A DNA stretch of 64,000 nt from Candidatus Woesebacteria bacterium. GTDB lineage: Bacteria; Patescibacteriota; Microgenomatia; UBA12405. The notes beneath the pieces were generated by a model. That model did no database searches. It was given only the letters and a program-made list of their open reading frames with translations, and was not told where the DNA came from. Positions 28,205 through 36,797 of this stretch are shown one piece after another. Made by a program: the position numbers and the translations under genes. Numbering within the stretch: position 1 is the first letter of the stretch; each line of letters begins with the position of its first letter. The stretch lies in the NCBI GenBank assembly GCA_035402805.1, contig DAONDY010000002.1:49801-113800 (forward strand). The letters run 5' to 3'.

Positions 28205-28657
28205 TTAATGTTTTAAACGAGTTTGACAACTAATAATGCGATTATGTTTTTGTTCAAATTCCTGGGAAATTTCTTGACCGGTTTTTTTATAATAATCATA
28301 AATAGCCTCAGTAAGAGCATCGACAGCTAAAAGAGAACAATGAATTTTGATAGTAGGAAGATCGTCAAGGGCTTTGATTACGTTTTCATTTTTAATTTCC
28401 AGAGCTTCTTTTAGAGTTTTCCCTTTAACTAAGTCGGTAACAACACTACTAGTGGCAATGGCGGCGGCACAACCAAGGGTCTCAAATTTAATATCTTTGA
28501 TAAAATCTTGACCTTGGTTATTTTGATCAATTTTTAGATAAAGCTTCATAACATCACCACAGGCTAAGTTTCCAACTTGACCGAGAGAATCGGGGTTCTT
28601 GATGGAGCCAAAATTGTGAGGATTTCTAAAATGTTCTAAAACTTTTTTGGTATACAT
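28205..28657 (-). CDS. iscU: Fe-S scaffold IscU/NifU
   Basis: HFRNPHNFG, ACGDVM, GCAAAIA, KIHCSLLA. Confidence 0.93.
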   Translation of the reverse strand: MYTKKVLEHFRNPHNFGSIKNPDSLGQVGNLACGDVMKLYLKIDQNNQGQDFIKDIKFETLGCAAAIATSSVVTDLVKGKTLKEALEIKNENVIKALDDLPTIKIHCSLLAVDALTEAIYDYYKKTGQEISQEFEQKHNRIISCQTRLKH

Positions 28658-28661
28658 AATT

Positions 28662-30182
28662 TTATTTAAATGGCGATATTTGCCTAAATTTATTAACTAC
28701 TTGAGGTAAAACTTTTAACAGATAATCAACATCTGATTTGGTGGTAAAACGACCAAGACTGAAACGAAGAGAACCATGGGCTTGCTCGGGGCGAAGTCCG
28801 GTGGCGAGTAAAACATGACTGGCTTCGAGAGTATTAGAAGAACAAGCTGAACCAGTAGAAACTTCGATACCATAAAAATCTAATTCCAGCAAAAGAGACT
28901 CCCCTTCGACATGATCGAAAGAAAAATTAACATTATTAGAAAGACGATTAGTTGGATGGCCGTTTAAATGGCAATCGGAAACAATCTTGGGGATATTCTT
29001 TATTAAATAATCCCGAAGCTCACATAATTTTTTATTTTCTTGTTCAAAATTTTTAATGGCAATTTGAGCGGCTTTGGCAAAACCAACAATGGCGGGAAGA
29101 TTAATAGTGGAAGAACGAAGGCCGGATTCATGACCACCACCGTGAAGAAGAGGGGTAATTTTACTACCGGATCTTATGTAAAGGAGGGCGGCACCTTTTG
29201 GACCGTAAATTTTATGAGAAGAAGCAGTTAAAAAGTCAATATTTAATTTAGATAAGTCAATAGCAACTTTGGTAAAACTTTGAGAAGCGTCGGTGTGGAA
29301 ATAAACGTTTTTTTCTTTACAAATTTGACCTATCTTTTGGAGATCCTGAATGGTTCCAATTTCATTATTACCATGAATTATAGAAACTAAAATAGTGTCT
29401 TTTCTGATAGTTTTTCGGAGTTCGTCGAGATTTATAAGTCCATATTTATCGACAGAAATTTGACTGACCTCAAAACCTTGGGTTTTTAACCAATTAGCAC
29501 TTTCTAAAACACAATCATGTTCAATGGAAGAAATAATTATGTGGTTACCTTTGGACTTATTAGCAAGGGCGACACCCTTTAAAACAGTATTGTTACTTTC
29601 GGTGGCAGAACCGGTAAAAAATATTTCTTTAGGAGAAACTTTTAAAATGTCAGCAAAAATTTGACGAGATTCTTCGAGGGCTTGAGCTGAGGCAGAACCA
29701 ACCTGATGCATGGAGGCAGTGTTGCCATAATCTTGACCAAAATAAGGAAGCATATAATTCAAAACTTGAGGATCGACAGGAGTGGTAGCGGCATAGTCAA
29801 GATAAATTTTTTTATTTTTGGAACTTAAATCTTTTAAAGTAATAGAATTTAAAACATAATTAAAACCAGATTGAATTTTTTGCCAGGCGGATTTACTTTG
29901 GCAGGAACAGAAATCGGGACAAATAAATTCAGCTTTTTCTAAAGCATTAACAATTTGACCAAGAGTAATTTTTTTGGGATCGCCATTGATGGAATAACCA
30001 CCGCAAGCTCCCCGATCAACTTTTAAGATTCCAGCTTTTTTTAATTTAGAAAAAATTTTTTCTAAATAATCACTGGAAATATGTTCGGCTTCAGAGATTT
30101 TTTTGACAGAGCAACAACAGTCTTGACCCAAAAGATTAGCAAGAGCACGAAGGCCATATCTGGTTTTAGTTGATAATTTCAT
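28662..30182 (-). CDS. iscS: Rrf2 (IscR-like) regulator fused to IscS/NifS cysteine desulfurase
   Basis: N-term MKLSTKTRYGLRAL...YLEKIF..LKKAG...RG..GGY; then YLDYAATTP, SSHKIYGPKG, STGSACSS. Confidence 0.9.
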   Translation of the reverse strand: MKLSTKTRYGLRALANLLGQDCCCSVKKISEAEHISSDYLEKIFSKLKKAGILKVDRGACGGYSINGDPKKITLGQIVNALEKAEFICPDFCSCQSKSAWQKIQSGFNYVLNSITLKDLSSKNKKIYLDYAATTPVDPQVLNYMLPYFGQDYGNTASMHQVGSASAQALEESRQIFADILKVSPKEIFFTGSATESNNTVLKGVALANKSKGNHIIISSIEHDCVLESANWLKTQGFEVSQISVDKYGLINLDELRKTIRKDTILVSIIHGNNEIGTIQDLQKIGQICKEKNVYFHTDASQSFTKVAIDLSKLNIDFLTASSHKIYGPKGAALLYIRSGSKITPLLHGGGHESGLRSSTINLPAIVGFAKAAQIAIKNFEQENKKLCELRDYLIKNIPKIVSDCHLNGHPTNRLSNNVNFSFDHVEGESLLLELDFYGIEVSTGSACSSNTLEASHVLLATGLRPEQAHGSLRFSLGRFTTKSDVDYLLKVLPQVVNKFRQISPFK

Positions 30183-30187
30183 AATTT

Positions 30188-30242
30188 AATTCGGAGTTTT
30201 TTAGTCCGAATTGATTGTAACCTGAGAAATAAAGAGTGTCAA
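30188..30242 (-). promoter_or_regulatory. Sigma70 promoter with Rrf2-type palindromic operator
   Basis: TTGACA (30242-30237), 17 bp, TACAAT (30219-30214); AATTCGGA-N9-TCCGAATT at 30188-30212. Confidence 0.75.
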
Positions 30243-30250
30243 TAATGAAG

Positions 30251-31093
30251 TTATTTTTGGCATTTAGGACAAAAGAAGGTGCCACGGCCGCCAATTTTAA
30301 GGCGTTTAATTTTGGTTTTACAGATCAAACAAGGTTCGCCATCACGCTGGTAAACACGAAAATTGAACTGATTTTGACCACTGGTGCCATCTGGACGAAC
30401 GTATTTGTTGTCCTTGGCAGTAGAGCCACCAGCAAGAATTGATTCTTTCATTATTTTTATGAGACTTTGACGAAGTTGATTTGATTTTTGGAGAGTAATT
30501 TTATTTGATGGAGTTTTGGGGTTAATTTTAGATAAAAAAAGAGCGTCGTTGGCATAAATATTACCAATGCCAGCAAATTTATTTTGATCGAGTAAAACTG
30601 ATTTGATGGGACGAGAAGTGAACTGAAGTTGATTATAAAAATATTTGGAAGTAAATTTACGATCTAAAATATCAAGGCCGAGTTCTTTTTGGATTTCCGT
30701 AAGCTCAGGGCGGGTTAATAATTTTACCCAGCCAAATTTGCGTTGATCATTAAAAAATAATTGAGAACCATTGGAAAACTTAAAAACTAATCTGGTTGAT
30801 TTATTGGGTAAAATTGATTTATCTTCTTTTGGGGTGGGATGACCAAAAACAAACTCCCCTAATATTATTTGACCAGTCATTTTGAGATGAAAAAGGAGAA
30901 TTAAATTATTTTCTAAATAAATCGAAAGTTGTTTACCGATACGAGAGGTTTTGGTTATTGTTTGGTTTTCGGCTAATTTAGGATCGCCAATAAAAGATTT
31001 TGGAGTGAGAATTTCTATATTGGTAATAGTTTTACCAATGAGGTGCTGGTCTAAAAATTGACGGACAACCTCAACTTCGGGAAGTTCTGGCAT
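30251..31093 (-). CDS. mutM: Formamidopyrimidine-DNA glycosylase
   Basis: MPELPEVE, HLKMTG, GIGNIYA, C-terminal zinc finger. Confidence 0.95.
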   Translation of the reverse strand: MPELPEVEVVRQFLDQHLIGKTITNIEILTPKSFIGDPKLAENQTITKTSRIGKQLSIYLENNLILLFHLKMTGQIILGEFVFGHPTPKEDKSILPNKSTRLVFKFSNGSQLFFNDQRKFGWVKLLTRPELTEIQKELGLDILDRKFTSKYFYNQLQFTSRPIKSVLLDQNKFAGIGNIYANDALFLSKINPKTPSNKITLQKSNQLRQSLIKIMKESILAGGSTAKDNKYVRPDGTSGQNQFNFRVYQRDGEPCLICKTKIKRLKIGGRGTFFCPKCQK

Positions 31094-31099
31094 GAATTA

Positions 31100-32020
31100 T
31101 TATACTAAATCATCAAAATCGATGGCAGTGATGGACTTGTTTTTGGCAAGATGATTAACGGCAACAAACATATCAGCAAGGCTATCTTTGATTTCAGAAA
31201 AGGAATTTAAATAGCTTTGAGTGGAACCGACATAACTCATAATTAAAACCAGCTCAGAAATTAATTTAGTGCCGCCAGAAACAGACAAAATGAGATAAGA
31301 AAAAATCAAAATATAAAAGAAAACGGCCGTGTTTTGAAGAGTAAACCATTCAGTAAAACACCAATTGGAAAGACGAGTAAAATGACGACTAAAAGTTTTC
31401 TGTTCCAAATCAACATCATCAGTTTCTTGGAGTTTAGCATAATAAGTTTCAGTTTTAGTATTTTGAATATCCTTTAAATTAACATAGTGTTGAGTGGTGT
31501 AGTAATCGATTACATAGTAAACAATGATATAGGCAATGACTAAAACAAAAACCTTAAAATCAACAAAAAGGAGAATGGCTGGAATAGAAATTAAAGAAAT
31601 GATACTGTCGATTCCGGGTTGACGAAAAAGTCTAAGAGTCCAACTAGTGGCGTCAGCAAAATTACGGATAGCTTGAACACTTTCGTGTCTTTCTAATTTA
31701 TTTTCAGGCTTGATGTCACCAATAAAATAATTGTGAATATCAAAACTGATATCACTAATACATTCATCTAACTTAGCGACCGATTTAATTCTAGTAAAAT
31801 TATCAACAATTCTAATGACAAAAATCATAACAATAGAAAAAAAGATGGTAGAGAAATCGGATTTAGTTTCGACTAAATTGATGGTTTTAGAAAAAAGATA
31901 AATCGTAATTAAAGGGAAAATAGCGGAAATAAAACGAATGACCACCCAAAAAACAAAACGTGACTTGTTTTGAATTATTTGAAAAATCAATTTTATAACT
32001 AGAAGTGTGGTCTTGGACAT
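31100..32020 (-). CDS. ABC exporter transmembrane-domain-like protein without NBD
   Basis: About 6 TM helices in exporter-like spacing; no Walker motifs. Confidence 0.55.
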   Translation of the reverse strand: MSKTTLLVIKLIFQIIQNKSRFVFWVVIRFISAIFPLITIYLFSKTINLVETKSDFSTIFFSIVMIFVIRIVDNFTRIKSVAKLDECISDISFDIHNYFIGDIKPENKLERHESVQAIRNFADATSWTLRLFRQPGIDSIISLISIPAILLFVDFKVFVLVIAYIIVYYVIDYYTTQHYVNLKDIQNTKTETYYAKLQETDDVDLEQKTFSRHFTRLSNWCFTEWFTLQNTAVFFYILIFSYLILSVSGGTKLISELVLIMSYVGSTQSYLNSFSEIKDSLADMFVAVNHLAKNKSITAIDFDDLV

Positions 32021-32075
32021 TACTTTAATAATAGAGTATTAAATTTACAAATTCCAATTTTCAATTTTTAAAAAT

Positions 32076-33047
32076 ATGAATGGGTTTGATAGAATGGTGA
32101 GTATGGAAGAAAAAATAATTTATGACTGCGTAATTATTGGTTCTGGACCAGCAGGCCTGACAGCAGCAATTTATAATGCCAGGGCTGACATAAAAACGAT
32201 AGTAATTGCAGGAAATCAACCTGGAGGTCAATTAACCATTACCCCAATGGTAGATAATTACCCAGGTTTTCCAAATGGAATAGGTGGATTCAAGCTAATG
32301 ATGGACATACAGACTCAGGTAAAAAATTTTGGGGTGGAAATTAGACAAGGATTGGTTAAACAAGTTTATAAAGTTGAAAGTTTATCAAGTTTTAAAGTGG
32401 AGTTGGAAAATGGTGAAACATTGGAAACAAAATCGATAATTGTAGCAACTGGAGCAGCGGTTAAATGGTTAAATCTACCGAGAGAAAAAGAATTAATAGG
32501 TCATGGATTGAGTAGTTGTGCAACTTGTGATGGAATGTTTTTCAGGGATAAAACAGTGGCGGTCGTTGGCGGTGGAGATACGGCTTGTGAAGACGCAGTG
32601 TTTTTATCAAAATTTACAAAAAAAGTTTATATGATAGTTAGGAGAGAAGAATTCAGAGCTAGTATGGCGGAACAAAAAGGGGTTTTTAAAAATGAAAAAA
32701 TAGAAATTCTTTGGAACACTGAAGTAAAAGAATTAAATGGATTGGAAAAATTAGAGTCTATAAAAATTATTAATAATAAAACTAACGAAGAAAAAACATT
32801 AGAATTAGATGGGTTATTTATCGCAATCGGCTACTCTCCGGCCACAAAATTTTTGGAAGGAATGGTTGATTTGAGAGAAACTGGGCAAATAATTACCGGT
32901 AAAAATGAAAAATTAGCAACTATGACAAATGTGGAAGGAATTTTTGCGGCTGGTGATTGTGTAAACGAAAATCATCGACAAGCAATTATTGCCGCTGGTG
33001 AAGGGTGTAGAGCGGCGTTGGAAACGCAAAAATGGTTAAAGGGTTAG
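32076..33047 (+). CDS. trxB: Thioredoxin reductase
   Basis: IIGSGPAGLTAA, CATCDG, VGGGDTA, FAAGD; start probably 32103. Confidence 0.95.
   Translation: MNGFDRMVSMEEKIIYDCVIIGSGPAGLTAAIYNARADIKTIVIAGNQPGGQLTITPMVDNYPGFPNGIGGFKLMMDIQTQVKNFGVEIRQGLVKQVYKVESLSSFKVELENGETLETKSIIVATGAAVKWLNLPREKELIGHGLSSCATCDGMFFRDKTVAVVGGGDTACEDAVFLSKFTKKVYMIVRREEFRASMAEQKGVFKNEKIEILWNTEVKELNGLEKLESIKIINNKTNEEKTLELDGLFIAIGYSPATKFLEGMVDLRETGQIITGKNEKLATMTNVEGIFAAGDCVNENHRQAIIAAGEGCRAALETQKWLKG
32362..32398 (+). repeat. Family C tandem repeat inside trxB
   Basis: AAGTTTATAAAGTTGAAAGTTTATCAAGTTTTAAAGT. Confidence 0.6.
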
Positions 33048-34223
33048 CTTTTTTATTTTAGAGACAAACTTTTCAGTAGAAAATTCCCGAGCGCGAAAAA
33101 TACAATCTTTTGGATTTATTTTTAATTTTTGAAGCTTTTTAATAGCTAAAATACAAGAATCAGCGGTTAATTTTTCAAAAAAGACACCAGTTTTACCGTC
33201 AATAACAGTTTCGGTGGTTCCGCCACTTTTATAGCCAATTACTGGACAGCCATAAGCCATGGATTCAACCGGAACTATACCAAAATCTTCGTTATCGGAA
33301 CAAAAAATAAAAGCTTTAGCATTTGAATAAAGACTGGCTTTTTGTTCTTGACTTATTTCGCCTAAAAATTCAATAGTGGGACCAGCCAGAGCTTTTAATT
33401 CTTCTGAAAAATTAGCAAAGTCACGACCGAATATTTTAAGTTTTAAACCTAATTGATTACAAGCTTGGATAGCAATATCATAGCGTTTAGCACGAGCCAA
33501 TCTGCCACCAGTTAGATAATATTGCTCAGATAATTTTTTACCGTGCTCACGCCCTTCGGTATTACACCTCGGATGTTGCGCGCGGAAAAAATCATCGTTC
33601 GCAATGTTTATTGTATCGATTGGTGGATTAATTATAAGGGCGTCGCGATGATAGAATTTTTGGATACGATCGGCAGTGGTCTGAGAATTAGCAATAAATT
33701 GATCAACATTTTGGGCTGACTTAAAATCAACTTTTCTTAAAAAGTGATTTAAAACCGAAACTAAGGCATAAATAATTTTATTTTGAGTGAAATTTCTAGC
33801 AGTAGGAAGACCATAGAGGTAACGAGGTGGAGTGTGACAATAACAAATTAATTTGGCATTTTTTTTATTGATTAAATTGGGGAAATAGGCACCAGTGGCA
33901 GAAGTAATGATAATGTCAAAGTTGGAAAAATCAAAAGATTTAAAAGCTAAAGGAGATAAAAGACGAAGTGGACTGATAATTTTATGGGCGAAGGGAATAT
34001 GCTGAAAAAAACTTTGATGAATTCGATTCCCCCATTTTTTTTCTAAGCGATCACGATGAGGGCCGAGAAATTCCGGTTTGTAGAGGGTAGTAAAAATTGG
34101 AGCATCGGGAAAAATTTCCGATAAATTTTCTAAAACCGATTCGGCACCACCAAATTCCTTAATATAATCGTGAACAAGAGCAATTTTAAATTTAGAAGAG
34201 TGATTGTTGATTGGAGATAACAT
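33036..34223 (-). CDS. GT4 family glycosyltransferase
   Basis: IALVHDY...GGAE, YCHTPPRYLY, EDFGIVPVESMAYG. Confidence 0.9.
   Translation of the reverse strand: MLSPINNHSSKFKIALVHDYIKEFGGAESVLENLSEIFPDAPIFTTLYKPEFLGPHRDRLEKKWGNRIHQSFFQHIPFAHKIISPLRLLSPLAFKSFDFSNFDIIITSATGAYFPNLINKKNAKLICYCHTPPRYLYGLPTARNFTQNKIIYALVSVLNHFLRKVDFKSAQNVDQFIANSQTTADRIQKFYHRDALIINPPIDTINIANDDFFRAQHPRCNTEGREHGKKLSEQYYLTGGRLARAKRYDIAIQACNQLGLKLKIFGRDFANFSEELKALAGPTIEFLGEISQEQKASLYSNAKAFIFCSDNEDFGIVPVESMAYGCPVIGYKSGGTTETVIDGKTGVFFEKLTADSCILAIKKLQKLKINPKDCIFRAREFSTEKFVSKIKKLTL
33524..33602 (+). repeat. Palindromic repeat family B, in-frame inside the GT4 gene
   Basis: Near-identical to 52801-52879 (TTTTTACCGTG.TCACGCCCTTCGG.ATT.CACCTCGGATGTTGCGCGCGGAAAAA). 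Confidence 0.85.
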
Positions 34224-35145
34224 TTTCTTTTTTATCTATTTTAACTGGATTTTGTTTTTGAATGCGAGAAATTAGAGATTTGAAATTGTAGATTTTAAAA
34301 AGAGAAATCAAATTTAAGAAGGAAGTTTGATCAAATTTTGATTGGGAAAGTTTAAAATTAAGAGGGATATTGCTGACTAATGTAGCTAATTTTTGCGAAA
34401 GATAGGCATTGTCTTTATTTTTTTCTAGTTTTTCTTTAACTGAAACTTTAATCTGATCTAAATTTTTATAAATATTATCTAAATTCTGATATTTATTAAG
34501 CAAATCAATGGCAACTTTGGGACCAATACCGGCAACGCCCGGATAATTATCAGACATATCCCCCATTAAGGCCTTTAAATCGATAACTTGTGTTGGAAGA
34601 ACACCTAATTTTTCTTGAACATCCTTAGTTTTAAATATTTTAGTTTCGGAAAGGCCACGAATAGGAACAAAAAGAGAAACTTTTTCGTTAACAAGCTGCA
34701 TTAAATCCTTGTCACCAGTGATGATAATAACCTCATCAACTATTTTTCTTTTATGTTTGGTTTTCTTTTTAAGAGCTTTGATAGTAAGAGTGGCAATTAA
34801 ATCATCAGCCTCAAACCCACCCATAGAAAAAGTATTAATTTTAGCTTCTTTTAGGGTTGATTCTAATAAAGGAAGCTGAGAGATTAATTCATGGTCGGCT
34901 GGTTTACGTTTAGCCCGATAACCTAAAAATTCATGATTTCTAAAATTTGGACCTGGAGAATCAAGACAGACGGCTAAATATTTAGGTTTAAGAATGTTAA
35001 TGGCAGTAAGAAGCATGGAATAAAAACCATAAAGAGCGTTAACTGGTTGACCATTGGAATCTAGCGGCGGAATGGAGTGATAGGCACGATGAATGACGGC
35101 ATGACCATCGATAATAACAAGTTTAGACATATAGTAGTTTATCAA
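34192..35145 (-). CDS. Stand-alone 5'-3' exonuclease (PolA N-terminal domain)
   Basis: IIDGHAVIHRAYH, EADD, TGDKD, LMGDMSDNYPGVAGIGPK; start probably 35130. Confidence 0.9.
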   Translation of the reverse strand: MINYYMSKLVIIDGHAVIHRAYHSIPPLDSNGQPVNALYGFYSMLLTAINILKPKYLAVCLDSPGPNFRNHEFLGYRAKRKPADHELISQLPLLESTLKEAKINTFSMGGFEADDLIATLTIKALKKKTKHKRKIVDEVIIITGDKDLMQLVNEKVSLFVPIRGLSETKIFKTKDVQEKLGVLPTQVIDLKALMGDMSDNYPGVAGIGPKVAIDLLNKYQNLDNIYKNLDQIKVSVKEKLEKNKDNAYLSQKLATLVSNIPLNFKLSQSKFDQTSFLNLISLFKIYNFKSLISRIQKQNPVKIDKKENVISNQQSLF

Positions 35146-35173
35146 GTTAAGGATTTGCTGGTAGAATTAAAAG

Positions 35174-36088
35174 ATGGAACAACACCCTATTCCACAGCAG
35201 ATATCATCCTACGAATTTAAACTTGTGGGAGATATGACCTTGAAACAATTTTTAAAGGCAGGAGCAGGAATAATTTTAGCAATACTGATTAATTCGACTA
35301 AATTAATAGTCTTGGTTAAATGGCCATTGATGCTTTTGTTTGGTGCTGGTGGTTTATTGTTGGCGTTTGTACCGTTCGCAGACAGACCTTTGGAGTCTTG
35401 GATAGTTTCTTTTATAAAAGCAATTTATTCACCAACGATTTATACCTATCAGAGAAAAGGTAATAAAAATTGGCTAGATTTAGATTTGACAAAAACAACG
35501 AAACAAAGCGAAGAAGATATTGTAGTTTCTAAAACTAGATCACCGTCTTTAGGAAGTAAAATAAAAGACAGTATCGCCACAATGGGGATAAAAATTAACA
35601 AGGAAGAAAGACAAACTGAAGAGACTGAAGCAACTGAAAATATAAAAACAGAGACTAAAGTAATTCCAAGACAAGCAAAAGTTGAAGAAGTTAAAAAGGG
35701 AGCTGTTAATGAAATACAAAAAGATGATTGGAGGGATCAAAAAGTTGATCTAAACTTAAAAACAGAAAAACTTGGAGCAACCGGTGAAGTTATTTTTGGA
35801 AGTATACCAATGCCAGATATTCCAGAAATTCCAAATGTAGTGGTGGGAATGGCAACGGATAGAGATGGAAAAATAGTTGATGCAGTTATTGTGGAAATTC
35901 AGGATGAAAATGGAAATCCATCAAGAGTATTAAAAACAAATTCCTTAGGGCAATTTAAAACAACTACCCCATTGGCTAATGGTAGATACCTGATAATTGC
36001 AGAGAAAGACGGTTATAATTTTGATAGAGTTAATATAGACTTGAAAGGACAAATAGTTCAACCGGTCAAAATAATTGCTAATAGTTAA
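35174..36088 (+). CDS. PrgI-family (VirB3-like) membrane protein with C-terminal beta-sandwich domain
   Basis: HPIPQQISSYEFKLVGDMTLKQF, two TM helices, RPLE.W. Confidence 0.8.
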   Translation: MEQHPIPQQISSYEFKLVGDMTLKQFLKAGAGIILAILINSTKLIVLVKWPLMLLFGAGGLLLAFVPFADRPLESWIVSFIKAIYSPTIYTYQRKGNKNWLDLDLTKTTKQSEEDIVVSKTRSPSLGSKIKDSIATMGIKINKEERQTEETEATENIKTETKVIPRQAKVEEVKKGAVNEIQKDDWRDQKVDLNLKTEKLGATGEVIFGSIPMPDIPEIPNVVVGMATDRDGKIVDAVIVEIQDENGNPSRVLKTNSLGQFKTTTPLANGRYLIIAEKDGYNFDRVNIDLKGQIVQPVKIIANS

Positions 36089-36797
36089 AAATAAAATGCC
36101 AACAGATCCATTAAAAATCGCCATTAAGGGAAGCACTCAAGAACATTTACCAATAGAGGATATTATAGATGGGATTGTGATGTTAAAGGATGGTTCTTGT
36201 TCGATAGTTTTGAGCGTTTCTTCGGTCAATTTTGATTTATTATCAGAGCAAGAACAATCTGCTTTGGTTTTTGCTTATGGCGGAATTATAAATTCTCTAA
36301 ATTTTCCAATTCAAATTATTATCCAATCACACTCTAAAGATGTGAGCTCTTATCTAAAAAACTTGGAAAACATACAAGAAAAACAAGTCAATCCTCAGCT
36401 AAAAGAGAGAATTAAACAATATCGAAAATTTATAGAAGAAACGGTCAAGAAAAATAATGTGTTGTCTAAATCTTTTTATATTGCTGTTAGTTTTTCGACC
36501 TTAGAATTGGGAATCAAAAGTGGCGGAGTTAAAGGGGCAATGATGTTTTTGCCAAAAAACAAAAAACAGGAACTGCCTTTTACTAAAGAGTATATTTTAG
36601 AAAAGGCTAAAGCTAGTTTAGAACCAAAAAGAGATCATTTAGTTAGACTATTTTCAAGATTAGGACTGGAAATAGAACCATTAAACAATAAAAAATTGAT
36701 TGACCTTTTTTATAGAACTTACAATGAAGAAACAGCTATTAATCAAAAAATTCAAAACGTAAACTATCAAGCACCGGTAGTAAATGGAGAAAAATAA
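36075..36797 (+). CDS. VirB4-associated (TraC/TrsE N-terminal-like) protein
   Basis: STQEHLPIEDI.DG, VNFDLLSEQEQ, NSLNFPIQI; between PrgI and VirB4. Confidence 0.7.
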   Translation: MLIVKNKMPTDPLKIAIKGSTQEHLPIEDIIDGIVMLKDGSCSIVLSVSSVNFDLLSEQEQSALVFAYGGIINSLNFPIQIIIQSHSKDVSSYLKNLENIQEKQVNPQLKERIKQYRKFIEETVKKNNVLSKSFYIAVSFSTLELGIKSGGVKGAMMFLPKNKKQELPFTKEYILEKAKASLEPKRDHLVRLFSRLGLEIEPLNNKKLIDLFYRTYNEETAINQKIQNVNYQAPVVNGEK

